Of a stretch of 49,285 nucleotides of DNA, positions 17,958 to 25,266 are shown piece after piece (positions within the stretch are counted from its first letter, which is position 1; each line of letters opens with the position of its first letter). The DNA is from a virus (Duplodnaviria; Heunggongvirae; Uroviricota; Caudoviricetes): the IMG/VR virus record IMGVR_UViG_3300022562_000659, one strand, 5' to 3'. The notes under the pieces are model-generated. The model ran no database searches and was not told where the DNA came from. It was given only the letters and a program-made list of their open reading frames with translations. A program made the translations under genes and the position numbers.

Positions 17958-18042
17958 GGCCCTATGGTGGAATTGGCAGACACGCTGGTCTTAGGAACCA
18001 GTGCCGAAAGGTTTGGGGGTTCGAATCCCTCTAGGGCTACCA
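17958..18042 (+). tRNA. tRNA-Leu(TAG)
   Basis: CTGGT-CTTAGGA-ACCAG, variable arm, CCA. Confidence 0.93.
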
Positions 18043-18045
18043 CAC

Positions 18046-18122
18046 CTCCCCGTGGCGCAATCGGATAGCGCGAGAGACTTCTAATCTCTAGGTTGCAGGT
18101 TCGAATCCTGTCGGGGAGGCCA
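18046..18122 (+). tRNA. tRNA-Arg(TCT)
   Basis: AGAGA-CTTCTAA-TCTCT, CCA. Confidence 0.93.
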
Positions 18123-18143
18123 ATTTATTTACAGGAGAATGGC

Positions 18144-18344
18144 ATGGCTTACGGCGTACAGTATGAGGAAAGTGTACCTACGTGTCCCAAGTGTGGATGC
18201 CGGTTAACGTATGCAGGTGATGGATTTTTATCCCATTTTATTTGGGGCGAGAAAGACGCTAGGGGATGCAGATGTTCTGATCTATATAGGTACTGGTATG
18301 TAAATAAGGAGAAGGTGTCAGATGCTAAACCCACTAGATTTTAA
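18144..18344 (+). CDS. small zinc-ribbon-like protein
   Basis: CPKCGC and CRC; ATG 18144 after AGGAG. Confidence 0.6.
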   Translation: MAYGVQYEESVPTCPKCGCRLTYAGDGFLSHFIWGEKDARGCRCSDLYRYWYVNKEKVSDAKPTRF

Positions 18345-18867
18345 GCAACCACTACTACTTGATATTGGTGCTGGGGGTTATTCATCTGATGATAAATTCA
18401 CATCAGTTGATCTTGTTACTGAGTGTGATATTAAAGCATCGATGGATGCTATTCCTTTGCCGGATGGTTGTGTTGAGGGCATATTTTCATCAAATGCGCT
18501 GGAACATATTGGGAAACATCAAATTATTCCCACTTTACGTGAATGGCGTAGATTACTAAAGCCGGGGGGTAAAATCCAACTAGTACTTCCTGATCTAGAA
18601 TGGGCCGTCCTCTGGTGGCTTTCACACCAAGAAGATCGTGGTTGGAGTATGGATATCATCTACGGGCATCAGTTGCATGAAGGTGAATATCATAAGACTG
18701 GATTTACTCCGCGTATTATTTGGGAGTATTTCATGGAGGCCGGTGGATTTGAAGTCCACAAGATCGAATATATTCTTGGTGACTATAACGAGACACAGTT
18801 AGAGGAAAACAAGAAGAAGATAGAGGTTAGTCAGCGATGCATTAGCGTCGAGGCTAAAAAGATTTAA
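18322..18867 (+). CDS. class I SAM-dependent methyltransferase
   Basis: LDIGAG, IFSSNALEH and LKPGGKI; paralog of the MTase domain of 4484. Confidence 0.88.
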   Translation: MLNPLDFKQPLLLDIGAGGYSSDDKFTSVDLVTECDIKASMDAIPLPDGCVEGIFSSNALEHIGKHQIIPTLREWRRLLKPGGKIQLVLPDLEWAVLWWLSHQEDRGWSMDIIYGHQLHEGEYHKTGFTPRIIWEYFMEAGGFEVHKIEYILGDYNETQLEENKKKIEVSQRCISVEAKKI

Positions 18868-18868
18868 T

Positions 18869-18943
18869 CTGGGCGTGGTGTAGCGGTTGCACACTTGCTT
18901 TGGGAGCAAGTAGTCGGGGGTTCGATTCCCTCCGCCCAGACCA
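18869..18943 (+). tRNA. tRNA-Pro(TGG)
   Basis: CTTGC-TTTGGGA-GCAAG, CCA. Confidence 0.93.
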
Positions 18944-18958
18944 ATTTTAGGAATCATA

Positions 18959-19348
18959 ATGAGTTTTGCACAGTGTAAGGATATCTCTATTCGGGTATCC
19001 GGAGAAATTCCCAATAGTGAAATTTATTATGGGTTGTATATTGCAACCACCCCTAGGGAAACATGGGATGAAGGCTGGAGAAATGCTACTGATCCAGTGT
19101 TTACTCATTTTTGGGTGGTAAGTGATAACAAGATTATTGATCGGGCATGCGATCAATTTGGTGGGCCGGAAGAAGTGGTTACCGATATTGATGATCCCCA
19201 TTATATTATGGTAGGTAAATACAAGAAAGAGGATGATACTACTACTCCCCTTGTTGAACAGCCAATTATTGAGTGGGATACACGAATTGGTAAGAGTGTT
19301 CTAGTCCATTGGAAAGACTTTAACAAGTACATGCGCAAATTCAAATAG
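18959..19348 (+). CDS. hypothetical protein
   Basis: 129-aa ORF after AGGA; no recognised family. Confidence 0.65.
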   Translation: MSFAQCKDISIRVSGEIPNSEIYYGLYIATTPRETWDEGWRNATDPVFTHFWVVSDNKIIDRACDQFGGPEEVVTDIDDPHYIMVGKYKKEDDTTTPLVEQPIIEWDTRIGKSVLVHWKDFNKYMRKFK

Positions 19349-19423
19349 GAGGGAGGGAGTATCGCGTGGCTAGTAGAAGGCATTTTATATTCGCCCGAAC
19401 ATTGGCTACTAAGATAGTACATT

Positions 19424-19747
19424 ATGGGCAACCCTAAAAAAGACTGGTTTAGGGCTGCAAAAGCATCGGGTCATTACCCACTCAGTTTCAACTTTATTTA
19501 CACAAGACAAGACAAATATGTACAGTGTTCTTATTGTGGTATTTTCGTTCACGAAAAGTACATCACACGAGATCATGTATGGCCTAAGAGCCTTGGAGGA
19601 ATATTAAAGGCTCCTGCGTGCAATGAGTGCAATGTTCTCAAAGAAAACATGAAACCAATAGAGTGGGCGATATTCGCTACAGCCAATAACATTGCTTTAC
19701 CAGATTTAGATATATTCCAATTTATTCATCGTGCTGCTGTCGTATAG
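19424..19747 (+). CDS. HNH endonuclease
   Basis: CSYCG, TRDHVWPKSLGG and ACNECNVLK motifs. Confidence 0.88.
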   Translation: MGNPKKDWFRAAKASGHYPLSFNFIYTRQDKYVQCSYCGIFVHEKYITRDHVWPKSLGGILKAPACNECNVLKENMKPIEWAIFATANNIALPDLDIFQFIHRAAVV

Positions 19748-19807
19748 TGGTTAGTATGTCAGTCTTCCAAATTGAAGGCGCGGGTTCGATTCCCGCTAGC
19801 AGCACCA
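19733..19807 (+). tRNA. tRNA-Gly(TCC)
   Basis: TCAGT-CTTCCAA-ATTGA, CCA; 5' end overlaps the HNH stop codon. Confidence 0.9.
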
Positions 19808-19820
19808 CAAAGGAAACAAA

Positions 19821-19994
19821 ATGTCAGTCGATACCGATAAGTTGCTCTCAAACTATGAAGCAGCTAGCAAGAAGATCAAGCAGCAATTGAATTCACCCAA
19901 AGGCGGATCACAAGCAGAGTCGGAGTTTCGTGATGCCTATCAGAAACTTGTACAGGCGGGACTCGCGCAGCAGATTAAGAAGAAGTATCGCTAG
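19821..19994 (+). CDS. 57-aa hypothetical protein (absent from the ORF track)
   Basis: AAGGA RBS; MSVDTDKLLS...AYQKLVQAGLAQQIKKKYR; fills the gap between two tRNA-Gly genes. Confidence 0.7.
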   Translation: MSVDTDKLLSNYEAASKKIKQQLNSPKGGSQAESEFRDAYQKLVQAGLAQQIKKKYR

Positions 19995-20000
19995 TAGTGT

Positions 20001-20075
20001 GCGGTAGTCATATAATGGCTATTATGACAGCTTGCCAAGTTGTACATGAGGGTTCAATTCCCCCCTACCGCTCCA
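20001..20075 (+). tRNA. tRNA-Gly(GCC)
   Basis: ACAGC-TTGCCAA-GTTGT, CCA. Confidence 0.9.
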
Positions 20076-20090
20076 ATTTAGGAGAAAATT

Positions 20091-20420
20091 ATGGTTAAAG
20101 AATATGAGATACCAGTAGATGTAATAAATAACAGTATTACTACGACTATAAATACTCCTTCTACCACTTGGTGGGATGACTCATATGCACGACAATGGAC
20201 AAGTGGCACATACTCGTACACATATGCTACAACGATATATATGTACCAATTGATTTGTCCTCGTTGTAAGACAACGAATTGGGGACAGGTTGATACGGTA
20301 GTTGAGTGCAAGGGAATGCTTCCAAGTCGTATTCGTGGAAGAAAGGTAGTTGAGGAAAAGTGCGGGGCCAAGTTGAAGGCTGTATCCCAGCCAGTTGACT
20401 TTGAGATTCCCGTAGGGTAG
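20091..20420 (+). CDS. hypothetical protein with a CxxC motif
   Basis: AGGAG RBS; CPRC plus two further Cys. Confidence 0.65.
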   Translation: MVKEYEIPVDVINNSITTTINTPSTTWWDDSYARQWTSGTYSYTYATTIYMYQLICPRCKTTNWGQVDTVVECKGMLPSRIRGRKVVEEKCGAKLKAVSQPVDFEIPVG

Positions 20421-20427
20421 TATTCGT

Positions 20428-20502
20428 GGGTCCGTAGCTCAACGGTAGAGCAGGGGACTTTTAATCCACAGGTTCAGGGTTCGAATCCCTGCGGACTCAC
20501 CA
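20428..20502 (+). tRNA. tRNA-Lys(TTT)
   Basis: Loop CTTTTAA, canonical D and T arms, CCA. Confidence 0.92.
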
Positions 20503-20564
20503 ACTTTCGCCCTAATCTCACTATATTGGTAGAATAATATGGGGTTGGAAAAATAAAATCTCAC

Positions 20565-20638
20565 ATGGGGGTCGTTCAACGGTAGGATTACTGTCTCCAA
20601 AACAGTCGATCAGGGTTCGAATCCCTGCCGCCATGCCA
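20565..20638 (+). tRNA. tRNA-Trp(CCA)
   Basis: ACTGT-CTCCAAA-ACAGT, CCA. Confidence 0.9.
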
Positions 20639-20650
20639 AAGGAAATTTAG

Positions 20651-20812
20651 ATGCTATTCTGTTATGTGTGCAATAAGGATAACTCCACAGAGTTAGGACG
20701 ACTCTATCACATTGATATATATTCAGATCATTTTGATTTGTGTGCCAAGTGTTTGAAGTTACTCCTATGTCTTATAGAGACATTGCGTACAGAAATGCAA
20801 ACCCCCATGTAG
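20651..20812 (+). CDS. 53-aa zinc-finger-like protein (absent from the ORF track)
   Basis: MLFCYVCNK...LCAKCL; AAGGA RBS; stop lies inside tRNA-Asp. Confidence 0.55.
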   Translation: MLFCYVCNKDNSTELGRLYHIDIYSDHFDLCAKCLKLLLCLIETLRTEMQTPM

Positions 20813-20877
20813 TATAATGGATATTATAACTGACTGTCGATCAGTAGAAGAGGGTTCGATTCCCTTCGTGGGGACCA
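20803..20877 (+). tRNA. tRNA-Asp(GTC)
   Basis: ACTGA-CTGTCGA-TCAGT, CCA. Confidence 0.9.
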
Positions 20878-20894
20878 TAGAAAGGTGGTGATGT

Positions 20895-21482
20895 ATGAGG
20901 AATTACCCCGTATCTGTTCCTAATAAATCTAAGAAAGCAACAAGTATTTACGTTTATGATCCGTATGCCGATGAGGGTTGGTTCGTTGATTCCGACCCGG
21001 TGCCAGTATCGAAAGGAAATGCAGAAATGAAAGTTACATGGGATATCAAGAATACACTTATTGCTAGCGCTCGTAAGGAATTGGACGAGGCAAAAAAGGC
21101 TCATGCGACTGCACTAGAGGCAGTCACAAAGGCGGATCTTGCCGTTCGCGAGAAGGAAATTGTCCTAGATTGGGCAACCGGATTACTCGTTGGTGCAGAC
21201 TTGATGATGAAGCCTGCGTGGGATAAGCCCGCGCCAAAGGCATTTATTCGAAAGTTGTACTATGTTCCTAGTCGCTCGGGCCGGAAGTACGGCCACTATA
21301 TTGAAGTTACTGATAATGATGTTTCTTGTACTTGTCCGGGGTTTTTGAATAGGCATTATTGCCACGCTACCAGAGAGGTTCAAGCTAATAATGGAATTTA
21401 TCGTTATATCTGGCTAGGCTCTGTTAACGATTTTAATAAGAATCGTGATGCCGCTATGGCAAATTCTCGCGGAGAAAAGTAA
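20895..21482 (+). CDS. SWIM zinc-finger protein
   Basis: SCTCPGFLNRHYCH fits CxC-xn-CxH; predicted coiled coil in the N-terminal half. Confidence 0.7.
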   Translation: MRNYPVSVPNKSKKATSIYVYDPYADEGWFVDSDPVPVSKGNAEMKVTWDIKNTLIASARKELDEAKKAHATALEAVTKADLAVREKEIVLDWATGLLVGADLMMKPAWDKPAPKAFIRKLYYVPSRSGRKYGHYIEVTDNDVSCTCPGFLNRHYCHATREVQANNGIYRYIWLGSVNDFNKNRDAAMANSRGEK

Positions 21483-21487
21483 ATTAC

Positions 21488-21563
21488 GCCGTGATCGTAT
21501 AGATGGTCTGTACACCATTCTGAAAAAGTGGAGGTTCCGGTTCGATACCGGATCGCGGCACCA
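21488..21563 (+). tRNA. tRNA-Phe(GAA)
   Basis: Loop CTGAAAA, CCA. Confidence 0.9.
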
Positions 21564-21566
21564 TTT

Positions 21567-21641
21567 GGGCGCGTAACTCAACGGTAGAGTATCTGACTCT
21601 TAATCAGACGGTTGGAGGTTCAAATCCTCTCGCGCTCGCCA
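21567..21641 (+). tRNA. tRNA-Lys(CTT)
   Basis: TCTGA-CTCTTAA-TCAGA, CCA. Confidence 0.93.
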
Positions 21642-21645
21642 ATAT

Positions 21646-21720
21646 CGCGCATTAGTGTAGTGGTTGCACAGTGGGTTGTGGCCCCGCTAGGAACGGATCG
21701 TAACCGTAGTTGCGCGACCA
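21646..21720 (+). tRNA. tRNA-His(GTG), atypical
   Basis: GTGGG-TTGTGGC-CCCGC; T-loop ATCGTAA; lacks G-1/C73. Confidence 0.75.
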
Positions 21721-21721
21721 A

Positions 21722-21797
21722 AGCCCTGTCGTCCAACGGTATAAGATACCTTGCTGATAACGAGGGGAACACGGTTCAACTCCGTGCAGGGCTACCA
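21722..21797 (+). tRNA. tRNA-Ile(GAT)
   Basis: CCTTG-CTGATAA-CGAGG, CCA. Confidence 0.9.
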
Positions 21798-21802
21798 TAC
21801 AC

Positions 21803-21876
21803 TGACCTATAGTGTAACGGCATCACGACTGACTCTGGATCAGTTAATCCTCGTTCGAATCGAGGTAGGTCAGCCA
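21803..21876 (+). tRNA. tRNA-Gln(CTG)
   Basis: ACTGA-CTCTGGA-TCAGT, CCA. Confidence 0.9.
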
Positions 21877-21889
21877 ATTTGAGGAAATT

Positions 21890-22081
21890 ATGGAATCAAT
21901 ACTTGCAATTCTAGTAGTCGTTACAATTTTTGTATACGCTATATTTGAAATCTATTTAATTATGACGGGAAAGCCCACGATCTCTTCCATGGTGCGTAAA
22001 GCGGCCATGGAGTATCGACCGCTTGGATTTCTCGTTGGTCTAGTTGTAGGATTGATTCTAGGCCATTTCTTTTGGCAATAA
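21890..22081 (+). CDS. small two-TM membrane protein
   Basis: Two hydrophobic helices; GAGGA RBS. Confidence 0.7.
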   Translation: MESILAILVVVTIFVYAIFEIYLIMTGKPTISSMVRKAAMEYRPLGFLVGLVVGLILGHFFWQ

Positions 22082-22103
22082 TTATATACGGGAGGTGATA
22101 ATC

Positions 22104-22463
22104 TTGGCACAAAATGTTTTGGTTTTTAGTTCATCTGCCAGAACAACTTCCGTCAATAGTCCTGATATTCGTAATGATCGGGGCACGGGTTTGATACTTG
22201 TTATTGATGCTACAGCAGCATCTGCTACTCCATCTGTTGTTTTCACAATCGAAGGCAAAGATCCAGTATCCAACAAGTATTATACAATTCTAGCGTCTGC
22301 TGCAATTACAGGAACGGGAACGACCGTATTACGTGTGCATCCTGATCTGACTGCGGCACCTAATGTTGTAGCTAAGGATATGTTACCAGCCACTTGGAGA
22401 GTAACTGCTACAGCAAGCGATGCTGATTCGCTGACATACAGCGTAGGAGCATCAATGATCTAA
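22104..22463 (+). CDS. small beta-rich, probably structural protein
   Basis: TTG 22104 after GGAGG; Ala/Thr/Val-rich SSSARTTS...GLILVIDATAAS pattern seen in phage virion proteins (by eye). Confidence 0.5.
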   Translation: MAQNVLVFSSSARTTSVNSPDIRNDRGTGLILVIDATAASATPSVVFTIEGKDPVSNKYYTILASAAITGTGTTVLRVHPDLTAAPNVVAKDMLPATWRVTATASDADSLTYSVGASMI

Positions 22464-22464
22464 T

Positions 22465-22541
22465 GCCCCCATAGCCCAATTGGATAGAGCGCAAGGCCAC
22501 GGACCTTGAGGTTGTGGGTTCGAATCCTGCTGGGGGTGCCA
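22465..22541 (+). tRNA. tRNA-Arg(ACG)
   Basis: CAAGG-CCACGGA-CCTTG with C at position 33; CCA. Confidence 0.85.
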
Positions 22542-22550
22542 ATAATAAAC

Positions 22551-22632
22551 AATGTCGTGCAATCCGGTAACGTGACTTTATTCCGAAACGACGTGAGCAT
22601 TTCGTTGGGATTGATTGATAGAGTCAGACATT
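22551..22632 (+). ncRNA. candidate structured RNA between tRNA-Arg and tRNA-Tyr
   Basis: Complementary ends ATGTC/GACAT and internal helix TGACTTTA/TAGAGTCA; no ORF. Confidence 0.35.
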
Positions 22633-22639
22633 ATATCTA

Positions 22640-22723
22640 GGGGAGGTTGAGCAACGGTTGCTCAGGAGTCTGTAAAACTCCCGCCTTCGGGTACTGTGGG
22701 TTCGAATCCCACCCTCCCCACCA
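22640..22723 (+). tRNA. tRNA-Tyr(GTA)
   Basis: GGAGT-CTGTAAA-ACTCC, variable arm, CCA. Confidence 0.93.
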
Positions 22724-22743
22724 TTTTTTAGAGGGTGTTAAAC

Positions 22744-22827
22744 ATGGTAGGATTTTTTATAATCCTAGTTTTATTTGCGATCTTATCCGTTGAATTCGGG
22801 GACGATCAGCGATTTCTTGATTACTAG
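22744..22827 (+). CDS. 27-aa single-TM peptide (absent from the ORF track)
   Basis: MVGFFIILVLFAILSVEFGDDQRFLDY; GAGGGTG RBS. Confidence 0.5.
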   Translation: MVGFFIILVLFAILSVEFGDDQRFLDY

Positions 22828-22831
22828 TCGT

Positions 22832-22908
22832 AGCTGGCGGGAGGTAAGGAATCTCATCTGTCTCATAAGCAGATACAAACCCGGTTCGATTCCGGGGCGC
22901 AGCTACCA
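22832..22908 (+). tRNA. tRNA-Met/Ile2(CAT)
   Basis: TCTGT-CTCATAA-GCAGA, CCA; bulged acceptor stem; lacks initiator GGG/CCC pairs. Confidence 0.85.
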
Positions 22909-22928
22909 AACTAAATAGGAGTAGAAGG

Positions 22929-22959
22929 AAAAGGACAGCATTCCTGCTGTCCTTTTTTT
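22929..22959 (+). terminator. rho-independent terminator closing the tRNA region
   Basis: AAGGACAGCA-TTCC-TGCTGTCCTT followed by a T run. Confidence 0.88.
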
Positions 22960-22978
22960 ATTGCTAAAGGAGAGGAAA

Positions 22979-23617
22979 ATGGCAGAGGAAGAATATAGTG
23001 ATGCATATATTAAAAGACTACAGAATCTAGGACCTTATAAAGATAAGTCCCCCGATGAGATCAGGGAGTTGATCAGGATCAAGCGAGCCGCTGGTCCTAA
23101 AAATGCACCACAGTCTAAGTCTGATAAGACATATGATGCTAGATATCAAGAGAAGTTTGAGGCATTGAAGCAAGAATTTGCTGTAGACCTTAATGATTCC
23201 AATGACGTTGAAGCACTTAACAACCTTGTGCGGTTGCTCATTCAAAATGAGAATGTTGATAAGGATATTCGCGCTCTCCAGGAACAAACTTCCAAGACAA
23301 AGGATGATATTATGATCCTTAAAAATCTTGGAGACTTCCAACGGAATTTGAACATGAGTATTACTGATGTTCAGGAGAAATTGGGTATTACCCGTAAGGC
23401 TAGAAAAGAAAAGGCTGTTGATGATATACCTCAGTGGATTGACTCTGTATTGAGAAAATCTACTGAGTTTTTTAATAGGAAGACAGAGATAGTCGAGTGC
23501 CCTAAGTGTAATATAGAACTTATTAGATTCTGGTTGAATTTCCCTGACCTAGTAACAATTGCAGAATTTTCAACTGAATGTCCGCACTGCGGAGAAATAA
23601 TCAAGTATGTAAGATAG
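22979..23617 (+). CDS. putative terminase small subunit
   Basis: Directly upstream of TerL; helical body with a C-terminal CPKC/CPHC zinc ribbon; start moved to ATG 22979. Confidence 0.55.
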   Translation: MAEEEYSDAYIKRLQNLGPYKDKSPDEIRELIRIKRAAGPKNAPQSKSDKTYDARYQEKFEALKQEFAVDLNDSNDVEALNNLVRLLIQNENVDKDIRALQEQTSKTKDDIMILKNLGDFQRNLNMSITDVQEKLGITRKARKEKAVDDIPQWIDSVLRKSTEFFNRKTEIVECPKCNIELIRFWLNFPDLVTIAEFSTECPHCGEIIKYVR

Positions 23618-23625
23618 GTGAGGGC

Positions 23626-25266
23626 ATGGATGATAGAGAACGATTAGAAGCTGAGTGGGCATTCTCACAAATAATCCAGAATCCGGTGTTGTTCAGAGAG
23701 TTTATTAACGAGTGCGACCCGGAGTACGATCCTCTCAACTGGAAGCCTCTGGAGCGACATGAGAGGGCTTGGTCAGCGTGCGGCAAGAACCGTATGGCTA
23801 TGGCTTGTGGACGTTCAGTGCACAAGACAACAACGATGATTGAAATGCTGTACTTTTGGGTAATCAGCGGAGATTTCATACGTGGTGATCAGCCAAATCT
23901 TCTCGTCATGGTGCCTAATAAATCACAGAAGGATTTGTCATTCGGACGAATTGCCTCTGCCTGTAGAAGTCATTGGCTTATTAGTAAACTTGTTGACAAG
24001 AACAGGATCAATATGAGTGAGGGTAGAATTGATTTCCTGAATGGATTTCAGTTTATCCTTCGTATTGCCGGTGCCGCAGGATCTGAGGATAACGTTATTG
24101 GAGTCCACACTACCAAAATTTGGGTAGATGAGGCACAGGAATTCCCCTGGAATACTTGGAAGAGTTTGCAGAACTGTTTGAAATTTGAGATACCGAATCA
24201 CCGGATGATTGTATCCGGCGTTCCCAATGGTGAGCGCAAGGATAATGTTCTATACATCAGTGATGTGCAAGATCCAGATTATATTAGTTTTAATATCTCA
24301 CAAACAATGATGAGTTTCTGGAGTCCAGAGATTGAGTATCGACGCCGTAAAGAATACTCATCGTTGCAAGAAGATACAGAGGATTACAAGCACTTTGTTC
24401 TTGGGCAACATGGGGTGCCCACTTTTTCTGTTTTTGACAGAGTAAGATTTAAGAAAGAGAATTATGAGGTTGATCGTACCGTTGTTACTCAATCCCTCTT
24501 GGATCGGGTGCGCAGCGTTGATATCAATACTGGGGAAGTTTCATACAAATTAGAGGATATTATTCCTATGCCACCAGTGCCAAAAGCATATGGTTCCGTT
24601 CCTAGAATTGGAGTAGGATATGATCCTGGATATTCTCCAGATCCCGCAGTATTCTTTGTCATGTATGAAGATGTGAAAACGGGCCTGTGGAAAAATCTTA
24701 CCAGAATTATTCTGCAAAGAATAGAATACAAGATACAAAGAGATATTCTCAATCTCCTAGATGATACATATGAATTCAATTTTATTGGTATTGATATGGG
24801 AGGCCCTGGAAAAGTCCAGTGGCAAGACTTATGTGGTGAAGGTGCTGATCTAGAGTACAAAGAACACAACTATCTTGAACGTATCTATCCTGTTGAATTC
24901 GGTGGTCAGATGGTAGTAGCCGCCAAGGATGAGGACGGAGAAATAGTTGAGAAGAAAGACCTTATAAAGAGAGTTGCAGTGGAAACTGTCAGCCGTTGGA
25001 CGCAGGAATCAATCAAGTTTGTATTCTCTGCTACGGATGACAATCTGATGAGCGAGTTGGAACGTACAAAATTTACTCGTAACTCGGTTGGTGAGCCTGT
25101 TTACAAGACAGCAGATGACCACCAATTCTCCGCAATGATGTGTGCAATTATGGCATATCAAAATCGCTATGGCGAACCGCTTCTACCGGAGCGTAAAGAA
25201 GTAAGAGTAAAACTATCCAAGGCACATTGGATGGACCCATATGGAGTGTTACCAAGTGGTAGATAA
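23626..25266 (+). CDS. terL: terminase large subunit
   Basis: Walker A-like CGRSVHKTT, Walker B IWVDEAQ, nuclease GYDPG, C-terminal DDHQF; start ATG 23626. Confidence 0.88.
   Translation: MDDRERLEAEWAFSQIIQNPVLFREFINECDPEYDPLNWKPLERHERAWSACGKNRMAMACGRSVHKTTTMIEMLYFWVISGDFIRGDQPNLLVMVPNKSQKDLSFGRIASACRSHWLISKLVDKNRINMSEGRIDFLNGFQFILRIAGAAGSEDNVIGVHTTKIWVDEAQEFPWNTWKSLQNCLKFEIPNHRMIVSGVPNGERKDNVLYISDVQDPDYISFNISQTMMSFWSPEIEYRRRKEYSSLQEDTEDYKHFVLGQHGVPTFSVFDRVRFKKENYEVDRTVVTQSLLDRVRSVDINTGEVSYKLEDIIPMPPVPKAYGSVPRIGVGYDPGYSPDPAVFFVMYEDVKTGLWKNLTRIILQRIEYKIQRDILNLLDDTYEFNFIGIDMGGPGKVQWQDLCGEGADLEYKEHNYLERIYPVEFGGQMVVAAKDEDGEIVEKKDLIKRVAVETVSRWTQESIKFVFSATDDNLMSELERTKFTRNSVGEPVYKTADDHQFSAMMCAIMAYQNRYGEPLLPERKEVRVKLSKAHWMDPYGVLPSGR

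Noticed and set aside
19367-19423. In-frame TAG upstream of the HNH gene suggesting amber recoding
   Set aside because: There is no start codon in that frame after the RBS and no CTA-anticodon tRNA. TAG cleanly ends many genes here.
20785-20818. TTGCGT...TATAAT as a promoter
   Set aside because: The spacing is far too long, and TATAAT is part of the tRNA-Asp D-arm.
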